Source of the DNA: Octopus bimaculoides
Taxonomy: Eukaryota
Reading direction: 5' to 3'
Length of the DNA stretch: 40,230 bases
Assembly: GCF_001194135.2 (NCBI RefSeq)
Contig: NC_068988.1
Coordinates: 51,269,466 to 51,309,695, forward strand
The position numbers and the translations under genes are program-made. Position 1 is the stretch's first letter. Each line of letters begins with the position of its first letter. The notes beneath the pieces were generated by a model. The model did not search any database. It was not told the DNA's origin and was given only the letters and a program-made list of their open reading frames with translations. Positions 12,485 through 23,941 of this stretch are shown here, piece after piece.

Positions 12485-12710
12485 TGTCAGCACCATGATC
12501 GTAAGATTGTGGTTTCGATTCCTGGACCGGGCGACGCGTTGTGTTCTTGAGCAAAACATTTCATTTCACGTTGCTCCAGACCACTCAGCTGACAGAAATG
12601 AGTAACGCTGCGATGGACTGCCGTCCCGTCCAGCTTGGGAACACATGTGTAATTGAAACCAAGAAACCTCGCCCATGAGCCTGGCTAGGCTTTAAAAGGG
12701 CACATTTATT
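12485..12710 (+). mobile_element. SINE family E (tRNA-derived)
   Basis: gattgtggtttcgattcctggaccggg B-box; gttgtgttcttgagcaaaacatttcatttcacgttgctccag; gctgcgatggactgccgtcccgtccag. Homologous to the minus-strand copy at 12128-12347. Confidence 0.8.
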
Positions 12711-13069
12711 TTTTTTTTGTTATGCAATTGCATCTAATAACTTACCTCCTCTACTTTCATTTCCTACAATCATTAGTTTATTTCATCCTCATCCTCCGTT
12801 TTCTAATACTTCGACTGTTACCTCTTATCTCAAACAACCTTCAAAATTTATTGTACATGGAAAGTATTTTAATCCCTTACAAAACCTTTTCTCCAAATTT
12901 TATGCCCCAAAAATTAGGGGCTTCCTTATACACGAGGGTTCCTTATACACGTTAAAATACGGCACGTGTATAAAGGCCCTAATTTTCATAATTACCATCA
13001 AGGGTCGTTCATATTCTGGATTTCATAATATTTTGAACTTATAGTCAGCGAGCCAGCACATGAATCAAA

Positions 13070-13193
13070 TTTTCAGTAACATGAAATGAATTGCTTTGCC
13101 CAAGAATACAACGCACTGCCTGGCCCTAGAATCGAACCCACAATCTTACGATCGTGAGTCCAACAGACAAATTACTACGCTAAGCGCCTTCAC
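13070..13193 (-). mobile_element. SINE family E, 5' part
   Basis: Minus strand reads gtgaaggcgcttagcgtagt...gatcgtaagattgtgggttcgattctagggccaggc...ttcttgggcaaagc. Confidence 0.7.
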
Positions 13194-14141
13194 CCAAGTA
13201 TATTACTGATATTTTATCGATTTTCGCCACACGAGATGTTTTATACTCATTATTATGGTGCAATGAGCTTACATGTCGATACTGTGTAGACCGAGATCCC
13301 CATTGATAGGCCTCTTATATTAAATAGAGTGTTAAACACTTACAGTATTCAAATTAGTTGATCCATTGCTGTGGAGTTACTAGATTCGTTGTGCACATAA
13401 ATCGATTTGCTGCTTATTTTTCTGGGATTTGTCAAATGACGTAGACATCTCTAATAAGACCTCAATAAGGGTCGAAAATCGGTCAAAGCTGATCATTTTC
13501 CTCAACCTTCGAGAAATACGTTAATCTGCCTTGTTTGTATGTTTGCTTCACTGTAATGCAGAAATTCTAAAGTCAAGCTTTGCAGCGTCTTCAGCCACTT
13601 CTTACATATCTAATATTAGAGCCGTTGCACCCCACGAAGACTGGGTCTCTGGATACGCTTGAGCTAAATTTAACGACTGTTAATTCCCCTCCAATTAATT
13701 CTATGCTAGAATTAGACTTTTGTTTTGTTCCAGTTACAAACATTTCGCCACTTTTTCGGTCACACCATATCTATATCTATGAGCACATTATCCAACAGTG
13801 GTGTGGTAGGGTACGATTTGAGGGAGATTTAGTTCCCATATGGGCTGGTTGTCTGAACTGGGTTCATTAGTGTAAAACATTTCAATGTATTTCACAAAAC
13901 TACTGGACCCTTTCATAATAATTATAAAGTCAGGTTTTCACTGTTCTCACCTTGCGATATCGAGTTTGCCGATCCTAGTATACATTGCTCTTTAGTGCTT
14001 TGGTGTCACACGATATCGTTTACGTGACAGATAAAGTTGGCGATGTATAACATGTCAACGACCACCTGAAACATTTTAGGTCAGGTTTTTTACCGCTACT
14101 CGCTTGTTTCGATAGTATCACATACAACATATATACATATA

Positions 14142-14574
14142 CAGTACCAGGCCAAATATCAGGCAAGCTTGGGACAGGAAGTGGTCTGGAATTCTGGAAT
14201 ATCCGGTTTTCTGGAGATAGCCTAAATATATACTTATTATAAAATAAACTACGATAAGTAAAGAACTAGATTATATTAAATAGATTGAGATTATGAAATT
14301 TCTAAAGCAGAGTCTGTTTGATATTTAATAATCCACTAACAATTCTTAAAATGTATTATGCTGTACCTTGCATACAATATGATATTAAAGAGATGAAAAT
14401 TAAAGGTAAAGAATGAAACATTAAGTAAGGAAGAAAACTATTTTTAACAGACTATACGCAAATAAACCAACTTCAGAATTAGGGTCTGTGTACTCAATAC
14501 AGGGTACGGTATATTCCAAAAGTATTGCAGGGTATTCCCGAATTACTGCAAGCCGGATAAGAGGTTCGTTACTT
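14142..14574. mobile_element. Putative Tigger/pogo-type MITE
   Basis: TA-[CAGTA...TACTT]-TA ends. Left end aatatcaggcaagcttgggacaggaagtg and right-end reverse complement aacctcttatccggcttgc resemble Tigger-like termini. The TIR match is weak. Confidence 0.35.
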
Positions 14575-14672
14575 TACATATATAGATAGATAGATAAATA
14601 GATAAATCGATAGATAGATCGATCGATAGATAGATAGATAGATAGATAGATATTCATACATATGTATCTATC

Positions 14673-14719
<47 letters not shown>

Positions 14720-14752
14720 CCAAGAAATGTAAGACATCGACTCGCATAATAC

Positions 14753-14788
<36 letters not shown>

Positions 14789-15469
14789 AACAAACAAACA
14801 GATGGAAAGTCGAACGGACGGACTGGCAAAAATGTACACGCACACACATAAATATATATCTATATAAATTTATATACATACACACGCATACATATACATG
14901 CACACAGTCACACACACATGGACACATATACACACACATATAGATACATACATACATACATACATACATACATACATACATACATACATACAGATATTAT
15001 GTAGAAAAGAAAATTTTAATTTATTTCAGTTCTGATTTACACCGTCTTGAGTGTAAATGTGTGTGTGTGTGTGTGTGCGTGTATTTTATTTATGCAAGTC
15101 GATGTTTTACATTCCTTGGAAACAATCCGAACACTTTGAGTTTATCCTTCTTCTGGTTTCAGTCACGGGATTATCGCTATGCTGGGATACAATCTCCGAA
15201 GTTTTTAATCGATCATGTCGACCTCATTATCCATTTCAGTCTGTAAATACTTTATCCCCCTCTACATCCCGACCCGGCATGTTACGGTACATAAAAGGAT
15301 GTTAGTAGTCTTTTGTAGTCCAGCAAAGTCAGTCCTGTAATTTCTTGCTGAGAAAGCTGCACTACTGATTTGTTAACAGTGATCAAATGTATATGCTGTG
15401 CATCAACTCCCTCCCTTCATCAAATCCATGTTGCCTGAACAAGTGCACGGTGACTCACACGTCAGGTGT

Positions 15470-15600
15470 CTAAATGATCGCAGAGCAACGTGAGATGAAG
15501 TATTTTGCTCAAGTTCACAACACAGCATCCGGTCCAGGAGCTGAAACCACGATCCCACGATGGTGAGTGCATTATTCTAACCAATAAGCCAGCATTCTCA
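15470..15600 (-). mobile_element. SINE family E, 5' part
   Basis: agcaacgtgagatgaagtattttgctcaag...ccggtccaggagctgaaaccacgatc is the reverse complement of the E head/core. Confidence 0.7.
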
Positions 15601-15835
15601 CAGGTAAAGGGATATAGCATAAGCAAAATCAGCTTTTCAGGCAGATGTAAATGAAAAAATAGAAACATACAAACACGCACATACACACGCACACGCTTGC
15701 ACACACACTCTCACACACACACATACACACACTCACACACACACACACATACCCACACACATTTATTTGTATGTATATAATATATATATATATATAGATA
15801 GATAGATAGATAGATATAGATATATATATATCCCA

Positions 15836-15970
15836 AATTCCGCCGAGGTCGACTTTGCTTTTCATCCTTTCGGGGGCGATAAATTAAGTACCACTAGCGT
15901 ACTAGGGTCGATCTAATCGGCTGGCCCCCTCCCCAAAAATTTCGGGCCATGTGCCTAGAGTAGAAAAGAA
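15836..15970 (+). mobile_element. SINE family A, 5'-truncated, tail type 2
   Basis: caaattccgccgaggtcgactttgcttttcatcc...ggccccctccccaaaaatttcgggccatgtgcctagagtagaaaagaat. Confidence 0.9.
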
Positions 15971-15984
15971 TATATATATATATA

Positions 15985-16270
15985 CGACGGGAAGTCAAAA
16001 AATTATCCGAACTTTCGCCATAACATATCTTTATTATTGTTACACTGCCTTCTACGCATGCGTGCTAATAGTTGGTACTTTTGTGATCACGTGATCGAAG
16101 TTTCAGTCAGATCGCGCAATTTTTCTTTCTAGTTTTGCAGTGTAAGCATAGCCGCTCCACTAGCAATGTGCACCAAAGAAGAACAAACAGCAGTGATCCG
16201 ATTTCTCTGGTCGGAAGGTGTGCCAAGTGCTGAAATTCAACGGAAGCATTTTAGTACAAATGGCGAGAAA
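15985..16270 (+). mobile_element. Mariner transposon 5' remnant (left TIR plus N-terminal HTH of the transposase)
   Basis: TA then cgacgggaagtcaaaaaattatccg (mariner-type TIR), inserted in a (TA)n tract. 16166 onward translates MCTKEEQTAVIRFLWSEGVPSAEIQRK, the typical mariner HTH start (xEQRxVIxFLxxEGxxxxEIHxR). Truncated. Confidence 0.8.
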
Positions 16271-16489
16271 TATATATACAACTCATTTGCTGCACGGGGC
16301 TTCGTATTCTAACATACGAAATACAGCGTGATCCATTAAAAACAAAAACAGGCTGATGCTGGAGAATGTTAACTTATCCAAGAGTATTTCCGAATGCATC
16401 AAAGAGAAAGAATGAAAATAAGCGATAATTTGGAAGGTGGTGAAATATTTCTTTCTAATTTTAGCCAGAAATCTTTAGGGGACGGGAAA

Positions 16490-16640
16490 AACCAATTACA
16501 TCGGCGCCAGCACTCAACTGGTACATATTTTGTCGACCCCGAAAGACTGAAAGGCAAAGTTGACCGCAGTGGCAATTTAACTCAGAACGTAAAGACCTGG
16601 AAGGAACGCGAAACATTTTGTCCGACGCGCTTAACAATCC
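16490..16640 (-). mobile_element. SINE family A, degenerate
   Basis: actggtacatattttgtcgaccccgaaagactgaaaggcaaagttgacc...aactcagaacgtaaagac is the reverse complement of the A core. Confidence 0.75.
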
Positions 16641-17515
16641 CGTCAGATAACTGCCTGAAAGTACATAATTTGACTCATAGAGGATCGAATATCGATTTCA
16701 GATTGACATAAAGACATTATTTGTGGGATTTACGAGTAAGAAGGAGATAATTTATAAGTGAAATCATTATCAGAACGTTTATGGTGAAAGAAATCAAAAT
16801 GGGTAATTATATAAATAATCAAATAGAAAGATAATTGTGTAATTAAATAAATAATTGAGTAGTTAGCACACGGTGAAAATATAAACAGAAAGTAAAACTT
16901 CGCAAGAAGTAGTTACCTAATGTTAGACGATATAGAATTGAAGTTAGAGTTTAATGATCAGATACCAGTTTTTCACTATTGATAATATGCATGGTACAAA
17001 CGCAAGAATGAACGCCAAACATGAAATTATTGGAAGCAATTAGGGTGCGTATATTTCCAAAGTCTTTATCAGATACTGCACTACGGTTATTAAATACGTA
17101 CATGTTTAGATACTTCGATGCTTGGGTATTTGAATAAAATGTGACAGTTGGTTGAGTGTGTAGCATGTGAAGTTAAGTTTAAATTATAAGTACAAATGTC
17201 AGTTGAGATATCAAGTATACAGCACCTTAAGTTAAAATACAGGTCTCGCAGGTTTGAAGGTAAAAATATTCGACTTAACAGTCACATTCCCTCACTGTTG
17301 CAAATATATGCATTCACAGACTAAGCTTGAACACGCAAACGAGAAATATCATAAATAAGTTTATTGGAAGATTAATTTGTTTGTAAACCCTTGCTGAGTT
17401 CCCGAACGGCGAATTGTAAGAGTAAAAGCGCTTGAATGTTGTAACTGAACCGAATTGTTGGTTCAATATGTTGCCTGTGAATATCAGCTTAGTATTTCGA
17501 AATCACAGTCAGCAG

Positions 17516-17940
17516 CGGGGTCGGATCAAGACCCATAGAAGCCCTAAGCACTTAAAAGATTTTGGCACCCCCATATAAATATAATTCAAAGTATAAACAA
17601 TAACAGACCATAAAATATTTCTTTTATTTTTCAATACCAAACAAAATTAACTACAAGATGGAAAATAATGTTTATTTTTGTATACTTCCACTTTATTTAT
17701 ATTTGAAAAGTTTTCTCCTACTTTTTTTTAATTGCAAGGTCTTTGGCTAGATCCTCAAAAATTAATCTTACATCACACACCTGCTTCTATATTTAGTAGA
17801 GATAAGATATCCCGAATATTATTTTAGCAAATTTAAAGTGATTTCTCTTGTGCCATAAATCATTTACCATTTCTCTGGTGCCGTGTTCCTTTGATGCCTA
17901 AAGCACTTGCTTATTTTGCTTAACGATTAATCCAGCGCTG
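17516..17940. mobile_element. Putative hAT-type MITE
   Basis: Imperfect TIRs: cggggtcggatcaa versus right-end reverse complement cagcgctggattaa (9/14 identical). 8-bp flanks gtcagcag and accagcag match 6/8, consistent with a decayed hAT TSD. AT-rich interior. Confidence 0.45.
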
Positions 17941-18599
17941 ACCAGCAGGTTAAGTTAAATTCCAGGCTCAGATTAAGATATGACAGTTTTCATCGACCTT
18001 AGCTCATGCTTACATTGTCAAATCCAGTATTGGGAGGAGTCTGTATTTTCGTCATCTGCATGAAACAGATCCACTTGATGTAACCGATCTACTCAATGAG
18101 ATATCATATTTAATGATTCACATCAACCTTTAGCCGCACCTACATAATTAAATCCTACACGGGGTGTGTCGCTTCGAAATTTGCACGTAACTGATCCACT
18201 TATGTGTAACGGATCCACTACGTGAGGAGGGAGGACGTGGTAAAAAGATACGAAAGAAATGAAAGAAATGCATGTGTTAAGTTTTAGGCGTAGAGTTTAA
18301 AGTATTTAACGAGTTTGTAGTTTTAACGTGATCGGAAAAGGGTTATGTTTAGAGGATGGTTATCTAAATTTCTTATTCTAGCAAAAAAGAAAGAAGTTTC
18401 TACCCTTCTATTCACAATACTGGTAGGTATGGTTAGCATCTTAAGCGCTTCGGTTGCACCCAAACTGCAATTGCTACAGTATTTATTGTATGCACTCGCC
18501 TTTACTGTTATAAAAAATCTATGATTTTTTTTTTTAATATAGATTTGTTATTGGTTCTCCTCTTGGGCCAACATTCATATTATTCTAAATCACCAGCGT

Positions 18600-18890
18600 T
18601 GTTGATGAGCAATGAGAGGTTTTATGTGGTCACTCAGCCTGATAGAAAATAGCAGCCAATATCCCTATTACAATTTACCAACTTAAAAAGGAAGGATACA
18701 TTAGATAATGTAGTCCTGGGCATACAAAATAAAAGAGACTAGGTATTGCTGGAACATCTTTGACAACGAGTTTGCTCGATCAGGGTTCGACCTGAGACTA
18801 AGCAACAAGAACCTGGTTCTTGTTATGTAACCCCAGGTTAGTTCTGATTGAGTAAACTCAAACATGCAGATAGTTGACCGAGTGACTAGG
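18600..18890. repeat. Family F copy (+) joined tail-to-tail to a deleted inverted F copy
   Basis: The + copy ends ttgctcgatcagggttcgacctgagactaagcaacaag and is followed by the reverse-complement tail cttgttatgtaaccccaggttagttctgattgagtaa. Confidence 0.6.
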
Positions 18891-19841
18891 CGCGTACACT
18901 CGAGTTAAAGGACATTTTGATGCTATTTTTAGCCTGTCAAGCGTCCGCGTAAAGGTTCTCTTGTTGGTTGGTGTTCACTCAGTTGAAAAATAATAAAGTG
19001 TTCTCGATCACGGACTCGCTCAACCAGCTAAACAAAAGAAAGACGTATTGAGTGGTGTGGCTTTAAATATACAGTATGTCTGATAAAGATAAGTTTGCCT
19101 GTCACGACAGAAACATCTTTGGTCATCAAGAACAACAAAACGTTCCTAAATATCCTTAAAACTATTAATATATTGTGTCAAAGATTACCTCGGTTTTACA
19201 TGTTCATCTCCAAGCCAACATATCAGTAGGTGTGGAAAACATCAGAATGTCAGGCTATATATCCTTACATTCTGGGTTCAAAACCCACTTGGGTCAGTTG
19301 ACACAGTCTTCCATTCTTCCGACTTTTAAAATTACATACCAGTGAGTTCGGTCGATAATCGTCTTCCTTTAAGAATTTCGAATTTGCACTTATCTTTGCA
19401 ATTTATGTTAATACTGAAGGAGACTCGTGGGTATCTTTCCGAATTCAATTCATACTTTTGAAGTCGTTCCGTGTCATATATTGCCCATCTTGCTGTATGG
19501 TTTCGTGGACGGATTTTGTAATATACTTGACAAAAAGAGTTTGCTAATGCCTATCTCAATATTTTCGTGTTTTAGAAGATAACATCACTATGAATGGTCC
19601 CTTACAACACTGAATAGTAGACCTGACTCTAAGAAAGACAGACAGGTAGACAGTCACAGACAGACAAACACACAGGGAACAGTCTTCTTTAGTACATAAC
19701 TGATATTTTATTTATTGGCTCAGAGAGAATGAAACGCAACGTCGAATTTGGTTGAAATTGATCTCTGAACGCCAAGCGCCAGAGCAATTATTTATATACC
19801 TGATGCTGATATAATAATTCTATCATTCAGAATATTGAAAA

Positions 19842-19981
19842 TCTTTTCTACTATAAGCACAAGGTTTGAAATTTTAGGGGTGAGGGCTAATAGATTACAT
19901 TGACTCTAGTTACTCAACTGGTACTTATTTCATCGTCCCCAAAAGGATGAAAGCAAAGTCGATTTCGGCGGCATTTCAACT
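19842..19981 (-). mobile_element. SINE family A, tail type 2
   Basis: ttttctactataagcacaagg...actggtacttatttcatcgtccccaaaaggatgaaagcaaagtcgatttcggcgg. Confidence 0.75.
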
Positions 19982-20713
19982 ATCCAGAAAATTCCATTCA
20001 TAACACAACATATTGAGTAACCCGAGTAAAAAGATTTATCCAATGCTACAAATAGTTTCGAAACTGGATCCACATGATTGCAAAGTGAACTCCTTAATCA
20101 CACAACCATACCTGCCCCTTTATGGAATGAATTTGTAACTATAACAGAAATTTCATCTCTAAAGTGAAGTAAATAATCCGAAAAATTATAATCATTTTAA
20201 CAGCTATTTGACTCAGCTTACGGAGAAGTATTTCAAACATTTAGACTTTTAAATATATTTTCCTTTCAATATCAGTTACCCAGCGTATAATGAATTAGTA
20301 TTTGTATATGTAACACTCACGCGGTAATGTTGTGCGCTGTCGTTAAGGGAGTGGGGGTGCACAAAGTAGCGTAATAGACCCAGTTAAGGAACAATGATCC
20401 TTCTATGCTACATCTATATCATTCACTTGGACATTCTTCCAAGAATTAGAGTAAATACAATTTACCCAATTACCTAAATACAACTTTCAGTTGTTTTATT
20501 TCTAATTGTATAATCCTGGTGATTATTCAATATTTTCTTTGTGGTATATTCGAGGTCCATTCTTCCAGTTTGTTTAATTCATATCAACTTACAGTCAGAA
20601 CAACGACTGCCTACCGTTGTACCTTTTAAGTGATGAAATACCTTCTAAAATTTTGTGCCGCCGAGATTCATCCAAATTGCGTAGCTCTCTCTCTCTCTTT
20701 CTCTCTCTCTCTC

Positions 20714-20759
<46 letters not shown>

Positions 20760-21009
20760 TCTCACTCTGTATATGCACTTCATATTCGAGGCTCCGATGA
20801 AGCTGTTAGGAGCTGTTCAGGCACTCTTCTATGGGTCCATTGCATCTTATAGCAGAAACAGCTGTAAAGTAATGAAGCTCATAAGATAATCGCTTATGCC
20901 TTTCTCATCTTTCATCCTTATTACCGCTCTATACTCAGCCAACATTTCGTTCCAAAACATACGTATATTGAGCTCTACACAGAGTTATTGGTCACGCAAT
21001 GCCTAAGCG

Positions 21010-21049
<40 letters not shown>

Positions 21050-21056
21050 GTATATA

Positions 21057-21089
<33 letters not shown>

Positions 21090-22257
21090 CTTTGTTGTTT
21101 GTTTATTTCACCGTTTCATTTTCCTGTCTTGTTTTCCGTCCGCCACTATCCTCCGTGAAACAACTTTAATTTGTGTTCGTGGGAAGAGCCATTTTAACGA
21201 TGCGTCCTGCCCTAACTCTTCGAAACGCCAGTGTTATAATGGTGGCAGCTGATGAAGGATATGTTCTCTATGTGGCTTGTGTGTTTCTTGTACCTTGTTT
21301 ATCATTTTGTCCATGTTTTTTGCAACGTCATGTACCCAGATATGCATCTATATATACATGTAGATGAAGGTATGTACATACATGTACATATATATGCATA
21401 TACTCATNNNNNNNNNNNNNNNNNNNNNNNNNNNNNNNNNNNNNNNNNNNNNNNNNNNNNNNNNNNNNNNNNNNNNNNNNNNNNNNNNNNNNNNNNNTAT
21501 ATATATATATATATATGCGTGCAAGCACGAACACACTCATTATTACACACATACCTACAGACAGATGAAGTAGGAGAAAGGGAGGACGAGACAAATTGAT
21601 AGCGAAAGAGAGAGGCAATCAGACTTAAAATGCATTGAGATAGATTACATAACATACATAATAACAACCAACTGGTGGCATAAAGTTATTGTGATCATTT
21701 CAGACAACGGCATGAAGCTGGAGGCGAAGGAATCTTTAAATAGGAGGAAAAGGATGAGTAAGGCGAAGGAAAGGAGCGAAGAGATTGGGGAACGAGGCCG
21801 GGTTGGGTGTTTTCCCACACCCACCTTGCTATACAATTATTATTCTTTATTTCTATTTTTCATTTGTTTTTCTATATTTTAATTTTTTCCTGTTTTATTC
21901 ATTTATCCATTTATTTATATATTTGTTTCTTTACTGCTATGAGTTTTATGCGTGCTACGTCAATATTGACCGTGTTTTTTTAAATAAGATTGTTCGGGCT
22001 GTCAACCTAATAAGACTTGGGGAAGAGTCGTCCGCTGACCTGAAGTGTAGGTCGCACACCTGTGTATTTAGATCTTTCTAATTTACCCTCATTACAACAA
22101 TAAACAAAGCAACCAACACGGTGCGAACGAAAACAACAATGAAGAAATTTCTTTACGTAAATATATATAATATATATATATACAAAAACACACACCCACA
22201 TAACGAACGTGCTTCACTGAAATGATGTACTTATGTATGTATATATTTCACTGTAGG

Positions 22258-22309
<52 letters not shown>

Positions 22310-22408
22310 CGTGCGTGTTTCACAGCTGGAATACATATATTTGTCAGTGAATTCCCGATTCTGTGAGTGTGTGTGTGTGTGTGTGTGCGTGTGTGTGTAT
22401 GTGTTTTC

Positions 22409-22461
<53 letters not shown>

Positions 22462-22800
22462 CGTGCGTGTGTGTGTGTCCCCGCAGCTTTGTTCGATTAT
22501 TGAATATATTGTGGGCTTTGTTTATATTTGATAACTTGTGATAATAATGTTTGTGCAACCATAAACACATCACCTAGCTATTATTCTGCTGTACACTGGT
22601 GTTTATATACAGTTATACTTACATACACACATAGATAGATAAGATAGATAAATAGATAGATAGATAGATAGATATAGGTGTGTCAGTGTGCGTGTGCGAG
22701 TACATGTTTAAATCATGCTTGGTACATTTGTAAACAAACGTATTCATACCAACATATACTTACATACACATATACAAACATATATTCATACGTGCATTTG

Positions 22801-22904
22801 CATCCATCCATCCATCCATCCATCCATCCATCCATCCATCCATCCATCCATACATACATACATACATACATACATACATACGTACGTACGTACGTACGTA
22901 CGTA
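22801..22904. repeat. Compound tetranucleotide microsatellite (CATC)12(CATA)8(CGTA)6
   Basis: Direct reading. Confidence 0.9.
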
Positions 22905-23026
22905 CATAACGTTGCCATTGCATGAAGACGATATTCGCGTAACTCTGAGTAATGCCAGAGACTAGTCTTAGAACTGATGTCTGCTTCTGTAATGTTTTTT
23001 CGTCCTTATGAGAAAAATCATACGTA

Positions 23027-23126
<100 letters not shown>

Positions 23127-23602
23127 TGTGTGCGCGCGCGCGCGTAAACGTCAAGTAGCTCGGTTAAGACACAATTGCCTATTAAACCAGCTACGACAAG
23201 CAATCACACCAACATCAACGACATTAAGGAATACGTACAAAAAAAANNNNNNNNNNNNNNNNNNNNNNNNNNNNNNNNNNNNNNNNNNNNNNNNNNNNNN
23301 NNNNNNNNNNNNNNNNNNNNNNNNNNNNNNNNNNNNNNNNNNNNNNNNNNNNNNNNNNNNNNNNNNNNNNNNNNNNNNNNNNNNNNNNNNNNNNNNNNNN
23401 NNNNNNNNNNNNNNNNNNNNNNNNNNNNNNNNNNNNNNNNNNNNNNNNNNNNNNNNNNNNNNNNNNNNNNNNNNNNNNNNNNNNNNNNNNNNNNNNNNNN
23501 NNNNNNNNNNNNNNNNNNNNNNNNNNNNNNNNNNNNNNNNNNNNNNNNNNNNNNNNNNNNNNNNNNNNNNNNNNNNNNNNNNNNNNNNNNNNNNNNNNNN
23601 NN

Positions 23603-23651
<49 letters not shown>

Positions 23652-23693
23652 TATATATATATATATATATATATGCAAAAACTTTCACATGGT

Positions 23694-23910
23694 TGTCCGT
23701 GACTTCGAAGTTTTGGCTTACTCGTCTTAATGAGGCTGTATGTGTGTTGTGTCGACGCCCCCAGGCGAAGAAGTAGGATCTCCCAAGACATATAAATAGA
23801 GGTAGTCTGACCGTGGTAGGAGTATTGAGTAGCAGTCGAGTAGCAGTTGTGTAGCGGTTGAGTAGAGATCATCCGAAGGTACTAGATAGCAGTAGCATTG
23901 AGACATAACA
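23694..23910 (+). mobile_element. Possible solo LTR
   Basis: Starts TGT and ends ACA. Contains TATAAATAG (~23792) followed by four degenerate 11-bp repeats (gagtagcagtc-like). TSD imperfect (atggt/atgta). Confidence 0.25.
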
Positions 23911-23941
23911 ATGTATATGAATACATTCATATGTACATATA

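Noticed and set aside
18066-18225. Direct repeat gatccactt...gtaacNgatcNact about 130 bp apart
   Set aside because: Probably internal to an unclassified repeat; I could not define element ends. Two copies only, so not CRISPR-like.
21205-21275. CTGATGA and GAAAC close together (cttcgaaacgccagtg...gcagctgatgaagg)
   Set aside because: The motifs are in permuted order with no usable stem I and no NUH after a stem III. I could not build any hammerhead topology.
21995-22045. ctaataagac...gtc resembling the 13448 hammerhead-like relic
   Set aside because: GAAA is absent after the putative stem II; the match is too short to support.
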